The position numbers and the translations under genes are program-made. From positions 608,001 to 672,000 of the forward strand of contig CAWKDB010000011.1 in the NCBI GenBank assembly GCA_963848295.1: DNA of 64,000 nt, given 5' to 3'. The stretch comes from an uncultured delta proteobacterium. Its GTDB lineage: Bacteria > Myxococcota_A > Polyangia > Haliangiales > Haliangiaceae. Of this stretch, positions 1-11,002 are shown one piece after another (within the stretch, counting starts at the first letter, position 1; each line of letters begins with the position of its first letter). The notes beneath the pieces are model-generated. The model did not search any database and was not told where the DNA came from. It was given only the letters and a program-made list of their open reading frames with translations.

Positions 1-1308
<1,308 letters not shown>

Positions 1309-1370
1309 CGCCGCAAGATTTCCAAGCGCTTGACCGGGGGCGGTGGAACTTTCGTCAACTTTCTCCTGCG

Positions 1371-1402
1371 CGCTGCGACGTCGCAGCGACAGTCCCGCGA
1401 CA
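1371..1402. promoter_or_regulatory. Candidate upstream activator (enhancer) site
   Basis: Perfect 18-bp palindrome CGCTGCGACGTCGCAGCG (1371-1388); GCGAC repeated at 1375, 1386 and 1397 (11-bp phasing). Confidence 0.5.
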
Positions 1403-1466
1403 CCGCGGCCGCGTTTGCGCGGTTCGAGGCGCCTCACGGTTACCGACTGTTACACCAGGCAACCGA

Positions 1467-1482
1467 CGGCCTGGTTCGTGCT
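1467..1482 (+). promoter_or_regulatory. Candidate sigma54 -24/-12 promoter
   Basis: CGGCCTGGTTCGTGCT has GG (1468-69)-N10-GC (1480-81) spacing, about 70-90 bp downstream of the phased repeats. Confidence 0.5.
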
Positions 1483-1492
1483 TCATAGGGCG

Positions 1493-1576
1493 TGCCCGCG
1501 CGATCGAGCTGAAGCCTCCCTGAGGGATCTTTCGGCAAAATCGATCACCTTCTGCCTCGATCGCGCGAGCGACCCT
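1493..1576 (+). ncRNA. Putative structured small RNA (three-way-junction hairpin)
   Basis: 12-bp stem CGCGCGATCGAG (1497-1508)/CTCGATCGCGCG (1556-1567), inner GAAG/CTTC stem and two small internal hairpins; starts ~12 nt after the sigma54-like -12 box; lies between convergent genes. Confidence 0.4.
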
Positions 1577-2500
1577 TCAAGCGCCGGTCGTGCGCTGCGC
1601 GAGCCCGAACAGCTGGCGCTCGGTCCACGCGTCGAGCGCTGATCGCGGCTTGCCCGCGATCCGGCGCACCGCCTCGGAGCGTGCCGGCAGCGCGATCGCT
1701 CGCGCGGGCAATCGCCGGTAGAGCGGCGCGAACACGGCGAGCGCGGCGTGGACGGCCGCGGTCGTGCGCGGCGAATCCTCGAGGCCGAATGCGCTCACCA
1801 GGTGGCGCGGCAACAGCGTCGCGGTGATCGACTCGGCGACGCGACCGAGCGCGGGCTGGCGCCCACCGCCGCGCCCGACGAGAAACGCGCCCATCTCGCG
1901 CGCAGGCGGCGAGACCGCGAGCGTGGCGAACGCGCGCTCCATGTAGGCGGCGTGCTCGGCCCACGAGCGCGGCAGCAGGGCGTCGCGAAGCCCGAACAGC
2001 CGGGCGAAGCGGTTCTGCTCGACGACGTAGGCGTCTTTGATCGCGACGGGCAGCTCGCCGTCGAGGCGCTCGCGCACGACGAGCACGGTGTCGACCAACG
2101 TGGCGTGAACCCAGCGCAGCGTGGCGTCGTCGGTCGCGGCGTACCGGGTGCCGGCGGCCCAGCTGCCGACTCGCTCTGGCAACGCACCGGCGATCCGCGC
2201 GTGGACCGCATGGACCCGGCGCGCGGCGGCGAGCGCGGCATCGAGCTCTCCGAACGTCATCGCGAACACGTTGCGAAACGTGCGCTGGAAGCGGCCGACG
2301 ACGTCGCTGCGCGTCCGCGAATGCTCTGCGATCGCATAGGCGACGAACGGATGCGCGAGCTGGAGCAACGCCGCGCGCCCGCCGCCGAGGAACACCGCGA
2401 CGTCACCCGCGAGCTGCCACGACACCGAGCTCGGGCCGTAGATGCCGTGCCGCGGTTCGCGGATCTCGCGGGTCAGCGTCGCGAGCGATTCCTCGAGCAT
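1577..2500 (-). CDS. DUF2236 / MpaB-family oxygenase-like protein
   Basis: GPSSVSW..GGGRAALLQLAHPFVAYAI..RFQRT..WVHATLVD pattern; ATG at 2500. Confidence 0.85.
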   Translation of the reverse strand: MLEESLATLTREIREPRHGIYGPSSVSWQLAGDVAVFLGGGRAALLQLAHPFVAYAIAEHSRTRSDVVGRFQRTFRNVFAMTFGELDAALAAARRVHAVHARIAGALPERVGSWAAGTRYAATDDATLRWVHATLVDTVLVVRERLDGELPVAIKDAYVVEQNRFARLFGLRDALLPRSWAEHAAYMERAFATLAVSPPAREMGAFLVGRGGGRQPALGRVAESITATLLPRHLVSAFGLEDSPRTTAAVHAALAVFAPLYRRLPARAIALPARSEAVRRIAGKPRSALDAWTERQLFGLAQRTTGA

Positions 2501-2514
2501 GTCGCGCGTGACGA

Positions 2515-3923
<1,409 letters not shown>

Positions 3924-3927
<4 letters not shown>

Positions 3928-4571
3928 CGCTTCATGCCCACGACGAGCCCGTCCGGCGTAGGCACGCAGACCGAGGTACATGCTGCGGCGACGAGCTCGT
4001 GAAACTCGCGCATCGCGCGGCCTCGAGCATCATCCTGCATGAGCTCGCCGAATAGATAGGCGTTATCGCCGATCACGAGGCCGCCGATCCTCAAGTTTGC
4101 GAGCGCCCATCGCCCGTAGTGCGCGTAGTTGTCTTTGTCGGCGTCGATGAACACGAGGTCGAACGGCCCGTGACCGACGAGCGTCGGCAGGACGTCGCGG
4201 CCGGCGCCGACGTGCACGCTGACCCGCTCGCCGAGCCCGGCGGTCGCGAGGTTGTTGCGCGCGACCTCGGCGTGGCGCGGCTCGTACTCGACCGACCACA
4301 GGTGGCCGTCGGCGGGCAACGCGCGCGCGAGGTGGATCGCGGAGTAGCCGACGAGCGTGCCGACCTCGACGATCTTGCGCGCGCCGACGAGCCGCACGAA
4401 CAGCTCGAGCAAGCGGCCCTCGCTCGGACCGACCTGGATCGCGGGAATGCCGTCGGGCACCGCGAACGCCCGGGCGAGCGCCGCGTCGTGGCCGGCGTGG
4501 GTGCGATTCGCGAAGTCGAGGATCGCGGCAGAGGTGTAGCGTTCGCCAGCGCGAGAGTCGGAGTCGGCCAT
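3924..4571 (-). CDS. Class I SAM-dependent O-methyltransferase (caffeoyl-CoA OMT-like)
   Basis: VEVGTLVGYSAI; FDLVFIDADKDNY; GGLVIGDN. Confidence 0.92.
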
Positions 4572-4597
4572 CGCGCGTACTGTAGACGGGTTTGGCC

Positions 4598-5818
4598 TCA
4601 GCTGGACTGCGATGGCGCGTCGTCGCCACCGGCGTCGTCACCCGAAGCATCGCGGTACGGCCCGAGCTTGCCGAGCTCCGCGAGCTCCGCCTGCATCGCG
4701 CGCGCCTCGCGTTGCGTGAAGTCCTCGATCGCGGCGGACAGGCCGGGATGGCGGACCCAGTGCGCCGAGTACGTCGGACAGGGCTCGAACCCGCGCAGCA
4801 GCTTGTGCTCGCCTTGTGCGCCCGCCTCGAACAGCGGGATGTGCTGCGCGATCGCGCGCTCGATGCCGGCGTAGTACGCGGTCTCGAAGTGGAGCAGATC
4901 GACGTGGCGGTTCGCGCCCCAGTAGCGGCCGTACAGCGCCTGCTCGGTCTCGAAGAACACCGCGCCGGCGATCCGCTCGCCCGCTTGTGAGACCTCGACC
5001 ATGCGCAGCGATTCCGGCAGGGTCTCGGCGAGCCGGTGGAAGAACCCCGGGCGCAGGTAGTCGCGGCCGCCGTGGTTGTCGACCGTCGCGCGATAGAACC
5101 GATCGAGGTCATCGAGCCGCGGTTGATCGAGCTCGCCGCCGGACAGCCAGGTCAGGTGATCGATCGCGGACCTCGCGCGCTCGCGCTCCTTGCGCAGCTG
5201 CTTGCGCTTGCGGCTCTTCAACGTGCCGAGAAAATCGTCGAACCCGCGATAGCCGCGGTTCTTCCAGTGGAACTGATAGGTGGCGCGCGGAAAGAATCCG
5301 GCGGCGGTCAATGCGCGCTGCTCGAGCGCGGTGCAGAACAGCCAATGGATCGACGAGCACTCCGCTTGCTCGGCGAGCGCGCGCACCGCGCCGATCAACG
5401 CGGCGCGGACCTCGTCGCCTTCACCCGCGGCGAGCAAGATCCGCGTCCCGGTCGCCGGGGTCGCGGGGGCCGCGATCACGAGCTTCGGGTAGTAATCGAT
5501 GCCGGCGCGGATCGCCGCGTTGGCCCAGCCCCAGTCGAAGATGTACTCGCCGTAGCTGTGGTCTTTGACGAACGCCGCGACCGCGCCGACGAGCACGCAG
5601 GCGCGCTCGGCGAGCAGGTACACCGGGGTCCAGCCCGAGCGCTGCCGCCCTCGCCCGCCGATCGATCCCGAGTCCTCGAGCGCGTGGAGAAAGCCGTGGC
5701 GCAGGAACGGCGACGGCCCGTGGTCGAGCGAATCCCAAGCGGTCTTCTCGACCTCGGTGATCGTCCCGACCGCTCTGACGACGAGTCCCGCCGGCCCGGA
5801 GATCGTGCTAGAAGCCAC
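4598..5818 (-). CDS. DUF482 / FemAB-like GNAT-fold protein
   Basis: [53 protein letters not shown]; exact start uncertain. Confidence 0.9.
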   Translation of the reverse strand: MASSTISGPAGLVVRAVGTITEVEKTAWDSLDHGPSPFLRHGFLHALEDSGSIGGRGRQRSGWTPVYLLAERACVLVGAVAAFVKDHSYGEYIFDWGWANAAIRAGIDYYPKLVIAAPATPATGTRILLAAGEGDEVRAALIGAVRALAEQAECSSIHWLFCTALEQRALTAAGFFPRATYQFHWKNRGYRGFDDFLGTLKSRKRKQLRKERERARSAIDHLTWLSGGELDQPRLDDLDRFYRATVDNHGGRDYLRPGFFHRLAETLPESLRMVEVSQAGERIAGAVFFETEQALYGRYWGANRHVDLLHFETAYYAGIERAIAQHIPLFEAGAQGEHKLLRGFEPCPTYSAHWVRHPGLSAAIEDFTQREARAMQAELAELGKLGPYRDASGDDAGGDDAPSQSS

Positions 5819-5826
5819 GTAGCACC

Positions 5827-6756
5827 ATGACGCTCGATCCCCAAGTCCGCCAGAAGATCGACCAACTCGTGTCGTCTGATTCCGTCGTTTTGTTCATGAA
5901 AGGCACGCGCAGCTTCCCGCAATGCGGGTTCTCCGCGGCGGTCGTGAACATCCTCAACAGCCTGATCCCGAAGTACAGCACGGTCAACGTGCTCGCCGAC
6001 GTCGACATCCGCGGCGGCATGAAGGACTACTCGGACTGGCCGACGTTCCCGCAGTTGTTCGTGCGCGGTGAGTTCGTCGGTGGCTCGGACATCGTCCGCC
6101 AGATGCACGAATCCGGCGAGCTCGAGAAGAAGCTCGGCGATCTGGTCGTGGTCCCCGACGCCCCGACCGTCACGGTGTCGGCGCGCGCCGCGACCGAGCT
6201 CAAGGGCGCGCTCGAGGACGGCGGCCCCGGCGACGTCATTCACCTGACCATCACGCCGGCGTGGGAGCACCAGCTCGACATCGGACCGAAAGAAGCGAAG
6301 CACGTCACGGTCGAGACCGGCGGCATCACGCTGCAGCTCGATCGGGCGAGCGTCGCACGTGCGGCTGGGGTCTCGATCGACTTCATCGAAGATGCGACCG
6401 GCGCCGGGTTCAAGATCGAGAACCCGAATCGCCCGGTCGTCGTGCGCGACATCGGACCGCGCGAGATCAAGTCGATGATGTTCCACGGCAAGATTCCGAA
6501 GATGTGGGACGTGCGCACGCCGAAAGAGCGCGCGTTCGCGTCGATCGACGGCACCGTGCTGCTCGACGACGCCGAGATGGCGGCGATCGAAGCGCTGCCC
6601 CGCGACACCCCGCTCGCGTTTCACTGCCACCACGGCGGTCGTAGTCGCGCCGCGGCCGAGCACTTCTTGAAGCTCGGCTTCAAGCAGATCTACAACATGG
6701 CCGGCGGCATCGACGCCTGGTCGCGCGACGTCGACCCAGCAATTCCGCGCTACTAA
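5827..6756 (+). CDS. grxD: Monothiol glutaredoxin (Grx4, CGFS) fused to a Cys-less A-type-carrier-like domain and a rhodanese domain
   Basis: [33 protein letters not shown]; middle [15 protein letters not shown]-terminal DVRT..CHHGGRS..GGIDAWS..DP.IPRY. Confidence 0.9.
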   Translation: MTLDPQVRQKIDQLVSSDSVVLFMKGTRSFPQCGFSAAVVNILNSLIPKYSTVNVLADVDIRGGMKDYSDWPTFPQLFVRGEFVGGSDIVRQMHESGELEKKLGDLVVVPDAPTVTVSARAATELKGALEDGGPGDVIHLTITPAWEHQLDIGPKEAKHVTVETGGITLQLDRASVARAAGVSIDFIEDATGAGFKIENPNRPVVVRDIGPREIKSMMFHGKIPKMWDVRTPKERAFASIDGTVLLDDAEMAAIEALPRDTPLAFHCHHGGRSRAAAEHFLKLGFKQIYNMAGGIDAWSRDVDPAIPRY

Positions 6757-6758
6757 CT

Positions 6759-6822
6759 GGGGACGGTGTTCACTTTGACAACCGGTGTCCGGTCCGCGGT
6801 TGTCAAAGTGAACACCGTCCCC
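6759..6822. repeat. Perfect 26-bp inverted repeat (REP/MITE-like element or bidirectional terminator)
   Basis: GGGGACGGTGTTCACTTTGACAACCG (6759-6784) and its exact reverse complement (6797-6822), 12-nt loop, between convergent genes. Confidence 0.85.
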
Positions 6823-7636
6823 CGCTAAGCAGCTGCAACGCCGCTCCGCATTCGGCGGGTACGATGAGCGTCGCGTGCGGATCGCCTCGGGTCTCGCCGC
6901 GGTTGATGATCGCGACCGGGATGCCGCGCTCGGCGGCGCGCCGGACGAACCGATAGCCCGAGAACACCGCGAGCGAGCTGCCCGCGACGACGAGCAACTC
7001 CGCCTGGTCGAACAAGGCCCACGCCGCATCGAGCGTGTCGCGCGGCACACTGCCGCCGAAGAACACGACATCGGGCATGAGCACACCGCCGCAGTGACAC
7101 GCGACTACCTCAAAGCCCGCGATCCGCTCGGGCGGGAGCTCGAGGTCGCCATCGGGTGCGATCGCGCCGCCGGCCGCGAGATGCTCGGGGTTCGCCGCGA
7201 TCAGCCGGCGCTGGAGCTCGGCGCGAGAGGTCAGCTCGCCGCAGTCGAGGCAGCGAACGCGCGCGAGCGCGCCGTGGAGCTCGACGACGGTGCGGCTGCC
7301 GGCCATGCCGTGCAGGCCATCGACGTTCTGCGTGATCACGCCGGCGAGCGCGCCGCTGCGCTCGAGCGCGGCGAGCGCGGTGTGCGCCGGGTTCGGCCGC
7401 GCCGCGGCCATCGCCGGCCAGCCGATGATCGAGCGCGCCCAATAGCGCTGGCGCGCCGCCGCGCGTTCGACGAACTCGCGGTGCTGGATCGGCGTGCGCG
7501 GCTTCGCATCCGGGCCGCGATAGTCGGGGATCCCCGATGCGGTCGAGCAGCCGGCGCCGGTGAGCGCGACCAGCCGTTTGCCGCGCGCCAGCTCGACGAG
7601 CCGCGCGGTCGGATCTGCGAGCTGGGTCACGGCCAC
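6803..7636 (-). CDS. NAD-dependent deacylase, Sir2 family (SIRT4-like)
   Basis: LTGAGCSTASGIPDYRG; RQRYWARS; ITQNVDGLH; ELHG; CxxC; PDVVFFG; GSSL.V.SGYRF. Confidence 0.92.
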   Translation of the reverse strand: MAVTQLADPTARLVELARGKRLVALTGAGCSTASGIPDYRGPDAKPRTPIQHREFVERAAARQRYWARSIIGWPAMAAARPNPAHTALAALERSGALAGVITQNVDGLHGMAGSRTVVELHGALARVRCLDCGELTSRAELQRRLIAANPEHLAAGGAIAPDGDLELPPERIAGFEVVACHCGGVLMPDVVFFGGSVPRDTLDAAWALFDQAELLVVAGSSLAVFSGYRFVRRAAERGIPVAIINRGETRGDPHATLIVPAECGAALQLLSGGRCSL

Positions 7637-7688
7637 GTCCCACCATAGCCGACTTGAAGCGCCGCGCCGAACCGGGCATGGTCGCGCG

Positions 7689-8984
7689 ATGCGTGCCCTG
7701 TGCTCGATCGCGCTCGTCTTGGTCTCCGGCGCCTGTGGCGACAACGTCGGAGCGCCGGACTCGGCGAGCTCGGGACCGCCGGTCGCGAACCCGACCCGCG
7801 ACGTCGTCGACACGCAGCTCGCGTTCGATCTCGCGAGCAACGCCGGGACCGCGACGATCACGTTCGCGCCGAGCGATTCGCCCGGCGGCAACCTCGAGGT
7901 CGGCGACCTGTCGATCGCGAGTGTCACCTCGAACGGCGCGCCGGTCATGACGAGCGAGGCGATGAGCGAGCTCGATCTCGCGATCCCGGCGAGCACCGAC
8001 ACGGTGGCGGTGACCATCGCCTACACGTTCAAGTACCACGAGGGGTTCATGGGCGAGTCGATGGCTGGCTACACGCTGATCTGGCCGTACTACTGCGGCA
8101 ACCTGTTTCCGTGTCACTCCGCGCCCGCGGACGGCACGACGTTCGAGCTGTCGCTCGCGAACGTTCCCGACGGCAACGTCGCGGTCTACCCGACGACGAT
8201 TCCCGCGCCCGCGCCGTCGTATCAGATCGCGTGGACCTACGGCGCGTACACCGAGCTGCCGCTTGGCACGACGACCGCGGGCACGAACATCTCGGTGTTC
8301 TATCGGACCAACGAGCTCAAGGACGCGACCGAAGGCACGGTGGATCTGGTCGCCGGGTTCGATTGGCTCGAGAAGACGCTCGGACCGTACCGGTTCGGTC
8401 CGAAGTACGCGTCGGTCTCGGTCGGCTGGCCTCCCGGCCAATACGGCGGGATGGAGCACCACCCGTACTCGCACATCGACTCGGCGGCGCTCAGCGACGT
8501 GAACACCAACGTCCACGAATCCGCGCACGGCTGGTTCGGCGACGGCATCCGCATCGCGTGCTGGGAAGACTTCGTGCTGTCCGAGGGCACGGTCGACTAC
8601 CTCGCCGGCCGCGTGCTCGATGTCGTCGATCCGACGGTGGGCGCGACGGTGTGGACCGAGTACGACAAGGAGCTCGCGCAGCTGACCGGCACCGAGCTGG
8701 TGTGGCCGCAGTCGTGCGGTCAGATCGACATCCTCAAGGACAACCTGTTCACCAATGCCCCGTACATCCGAGGCGCGCTGTTCTACCGCGCGGTCGCGCT
8801 CAAGGTCGGCGCAGACGTGCTCGACCAGGCGCTCGCGACGTTCTACCAAGCGCACGCGGGCGGATCGGCGCGCATGGCCGACATGCTCGCGACGATCCAG
8901 CAAGTCACCGGCTACGATCCGACGACGTGCGCGCAGACCTGGCTGCTATCGACGACGCGGCCGACGCCAGGGCCCTGCCCGTAA
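7689..8984 (+). CDS. M1-family-like zinc metallopeptidase, lipoprotein
   Basis: Lipobox SGAC; GGMEH; HESAHGWFG..LSEG; PYIRGALF. Confidence 0.85.
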   Translation: MRALCSIALVLVSGACGDNVGAPDSASSGPPVANPTRDVVDTQLAFDLASNAGTATITFAPSDSPGGNLEVGDLSIASVTSNGAPVMTSEAMSELDLAIPASTDTVAVTIAYTFKYHEGFMGESMAGYTLIWPYYCGNLFPCHSAPADGTTFELSLANVPDGNVAVYPTTIPAPAPSYQIAWTYGAYTELPLGTTTAGTNISVFYRTNELKDATEGTVDLVAGFDWLEKTLGPYRFGPKYASVSVGWPPGQYGGMEHHPYSHIDSAALSDVNTNVHESAHGWFGDGIRIACWEDFVLSEGTVDYLAGRVLDVVDPTVGATVWTEYDKELAQLTGTELVWPQSCGQIDILKDNLFTNAPYIRGALFYRAVALKVGADVLDQALATFYQAHAGGSARMADMLATIQQVTGYDPTTCAQTWLLSTTRPTPGPCP

Positions 8985-9023
8985 GACGTGCTCGAGCTCT
9001 GACACGTGCGCGGTTCACGCGGG

Positions 9024-10451
9024 CTACGGCGCGGGTTGCTCGATCCGCGTCGCCGGCATCGTCTTGCCGCCGACGAGGAACAGCAGCTGCTTGACGTGGC
9101 CGCCGTCTTTCTCGAACACCACGACGCCCTGCAGCTTCTCGATCCAGAACTCGTGATCGGACAGCGGCACGAGCCGGACCTTCGGCTCGCCGGGGCCTTG
9201 GATGTACAGCCGTTTATCGAGCGTGACCTCGATCGGCGTGCCGCTGAAGTCGTAGCGACCGACGTACGTCGCGAGCGCCGCCGCGGTCGGGAACACCGGC
9301 GGGCTGACCGTGTCTCCCGCCGCGACCCTGTAGAGCATGTCGACGAGGCGATCGACGATCGTCACCGCGCTCGATGCCATGATCACGACGCCGCGCCGCG
9401 TTTTCGGATCGAAGCCGATGAACGAGTGATAGCCGCCGGTATTGCCGTTGTGCCAATAGCGGCCGTTGGCATCGATCTCCCAGCCGAAACCTTCGTTCGC
9501 CCCCGGGTTCTTCAACTGCGGTTCTTGCGTCAGCTTGAGCACCGAGCTCAGCGGTTGGTCTCGGGCGCTCGCCTTCGCGAGCGGACCGAGCGCGGGTGAA
9601 TCGCTGGCCGCGTCCATCTCGGCGGCGATCAGCGCGAGTTGGTCGTGCACACACGAGATCACGCCACCCGCGCCGGCGAGCGGTCCCCACGTCCAGGCCG
9701 GCGCCGGTTGCAGATCGTCGTTCGTCCCCGGCACGACCCGCGCGCGCGCCGGTTCTGGCACATGGACGAACGTGTCGTGCAAGCCGAGCGGCGCGAGCAC
9801 GCGTGTGGTCAGCGCGTCGGCGTAGCTCGTGCCGACCTTGCGCGCGAGCGCGAAGCCCAAGACGCCGACGCCGTAGTCCGAGTACGTGATCTTGGTGCCG
9901 GGCGCATCGGCGAGCTCGGTGTGCACCAGATCCTGATAGAGCGCATCGTCGTCGTAGCCGACATACGGATCGGGCGCGTGCTCGGCTTCCGCGCGCGACG
10001 GCGGCATCTTCGGCAACCCCGAGGCGTGTAGCGCGAGCTCGCGCAGCGTGATCTCGGCCTTGTCTTTCGTCGGTGCGGTCACCCCGGGCGGCAGCAGCTC
10101 GGACAGCGGCGTGTCGAGCTCGACCTCGTGGCGCTGCACCTCATCGGCGAGCAGCAGCGACGTATAGATCTTCGACAGTGAGCCGATCTCGTACAGCGAG
10201 TGCCCGGTCGGCGGCTTCCCCCCGGGGCCGGTGCCGAAGCCGTAGATCTCGACCTTACCCGAGTCGTACAGCCCGACGACGATCGAGTTCGCGACTTGCG
10301 CATCGATGAACGGCTTGACCAGCGCGGCGATCGCGATGCGATGCGGGCCGTCGGGATCGCTGTCGTGCGGCGCCGGTGATTTCACCGGTTCCGGGCGGTG
10401 CGCGCTACCGCATGCACACGCGAGCGCCGCGAGCCACGCCGCGCGCGTCAT
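9024..10451 (-). CDS. Serine hydrolase (beta-lactamase class C-like) lipoprotein with C-terminal extension
   Basis: EIGSLSK (SxxK); LALHASGLP; YSD; WHNGNTGGY; signal peptide ending in ACAC. Confidence 0.9.
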   Translation of the reverse strand: MTRAAWLAALACACGSAHRPEPVKSPAPHDSDPDGPHRIAIAALVKPFIDAQVANSIVVGLYDSGKVEIYGFGTGPGGKPPTGHSLYEIGSLSKIYTSLLLADEVQRHEVELDTPLSELLPPGVTAPTKDKAEITLRELALHASGLPKMPPSRAEAEHAPDPYVGYDDDALYQDLVHTELADAPGTKITYSDYGVGVLGFALARKVGTSYADALTTRVLAPLGLHDTFVHVPEPARARVVPGTNDDLQPAPAWTWGPLAGAGGVISCVHDQLALIAAEMDAASDSPALGPLAKASARDQPLSSVLKLTQEPQLKNPGANEGFGWEIDANGRYWHNGNTGGYHSFIGFDPKTRRGVVIMASSAVTIVDRLVDMLYRVAAGDTVSPPVFPTAAALATYVGRYDFSGTPIEVTLDKRLYIQGPGEPKVRLVPLSDHEFWIEKLQGVVVFEKDGGHVKQLLFLVGGKTMPATRIEQPAP

Positions 10452-11002
10452 TTCCGGACTCTCGGCACATCGCGATCGAGGACGGTCTTGCGTTCGTCGC
10501 GGGCCGCGGCGCGGATCGACTCGTCGCAGATCGCGCGAACGTGATCCGACAGCAACTCGGCCACCGCGTCACCGCAGTTCATGCCCGAGCGATCCTTGAT
10601 GTACTTCTTCATCTTGGACACGACGATCAGCATCTCGCGCTCGGCGTCTTGCAGCTTCACGCCGCCGTCGCCGGTGACGACGGTCGAGGTCGTCACGGCG
10701 GAAGGTCCGGCATCGCCGACCATCCGTCGCACCGCCGGCGCCGCGGCGGGCTTGGCGACCTCGATCTCGACCGCGCCGCTCGCGACCTCTCGGTCCCAGG
10801 CCTCTTTGGTCGGCGCCTTCGCATCGACCGCCCAGGCGTCACGGTGGCGGAGCATCGCGACGTGGCTATCCCAACAAGGCACCGTACAAAAGACCAACCG
10901 GGTGCGAGCGCGGTTGCATGTCGAGACGCTGCATACCCAATGCGCGGCGTTGAACGGAATCGGGTTCCGGCAGGCGCTGCACTTTAGCCAGGCTTCGGCC
11001 AT
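10448..11002 (-). CDS. Bacterial histone-fold protein with N-terminal ZZ-like zinc finger
   Basis: N-terminal CxxC-x12-CxxxxC-x9-CxxxC-x3-H-x5-H; C-terminal LIVVSKMKKYIKDRSGMNC..LSDHVRAICDESIRAAARDERKTVLDRD resembles Bdellovibrio Bd0055-type histones (RKTV..RD motif). Confidence 0.8.
   Translation of the reverse strand: MAEAWLKCSACRNPIPFNAAHWVCSVSTCNRARTRLVFCTVPCWDSHVAMLRHRDAWAVDAKAPTKEAWDREVASGAVEIEVAKPAAAPAVRRMVGDAGPSAVTTSTVVTGDGGVKLQDAEREMLIVVSKMKKYIKDRSGMNCGDAVAELLSDHVRAICDESIRAAARDERKTVLDRDVPRVRK

Noticed and set aside
1488..1576. SRP RNA, tRNA, 6S RNA or c-di-GMP riboswitch identity for the hairpin
   Set aside because: Lacks the SRP GGAAGG-AAGCAG loop, tRNA T-loop/CCA and GEMM motifs, and is too short for 6S; kept only as an unknown sRNA candidate.
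6803..7636. Sir2 as an anti-phage (Thoeris/DSR) effector
   Set aside because: Compact zinc-binding SIRT4-like housekeeping sirtuin with no defence partner genes nearby.
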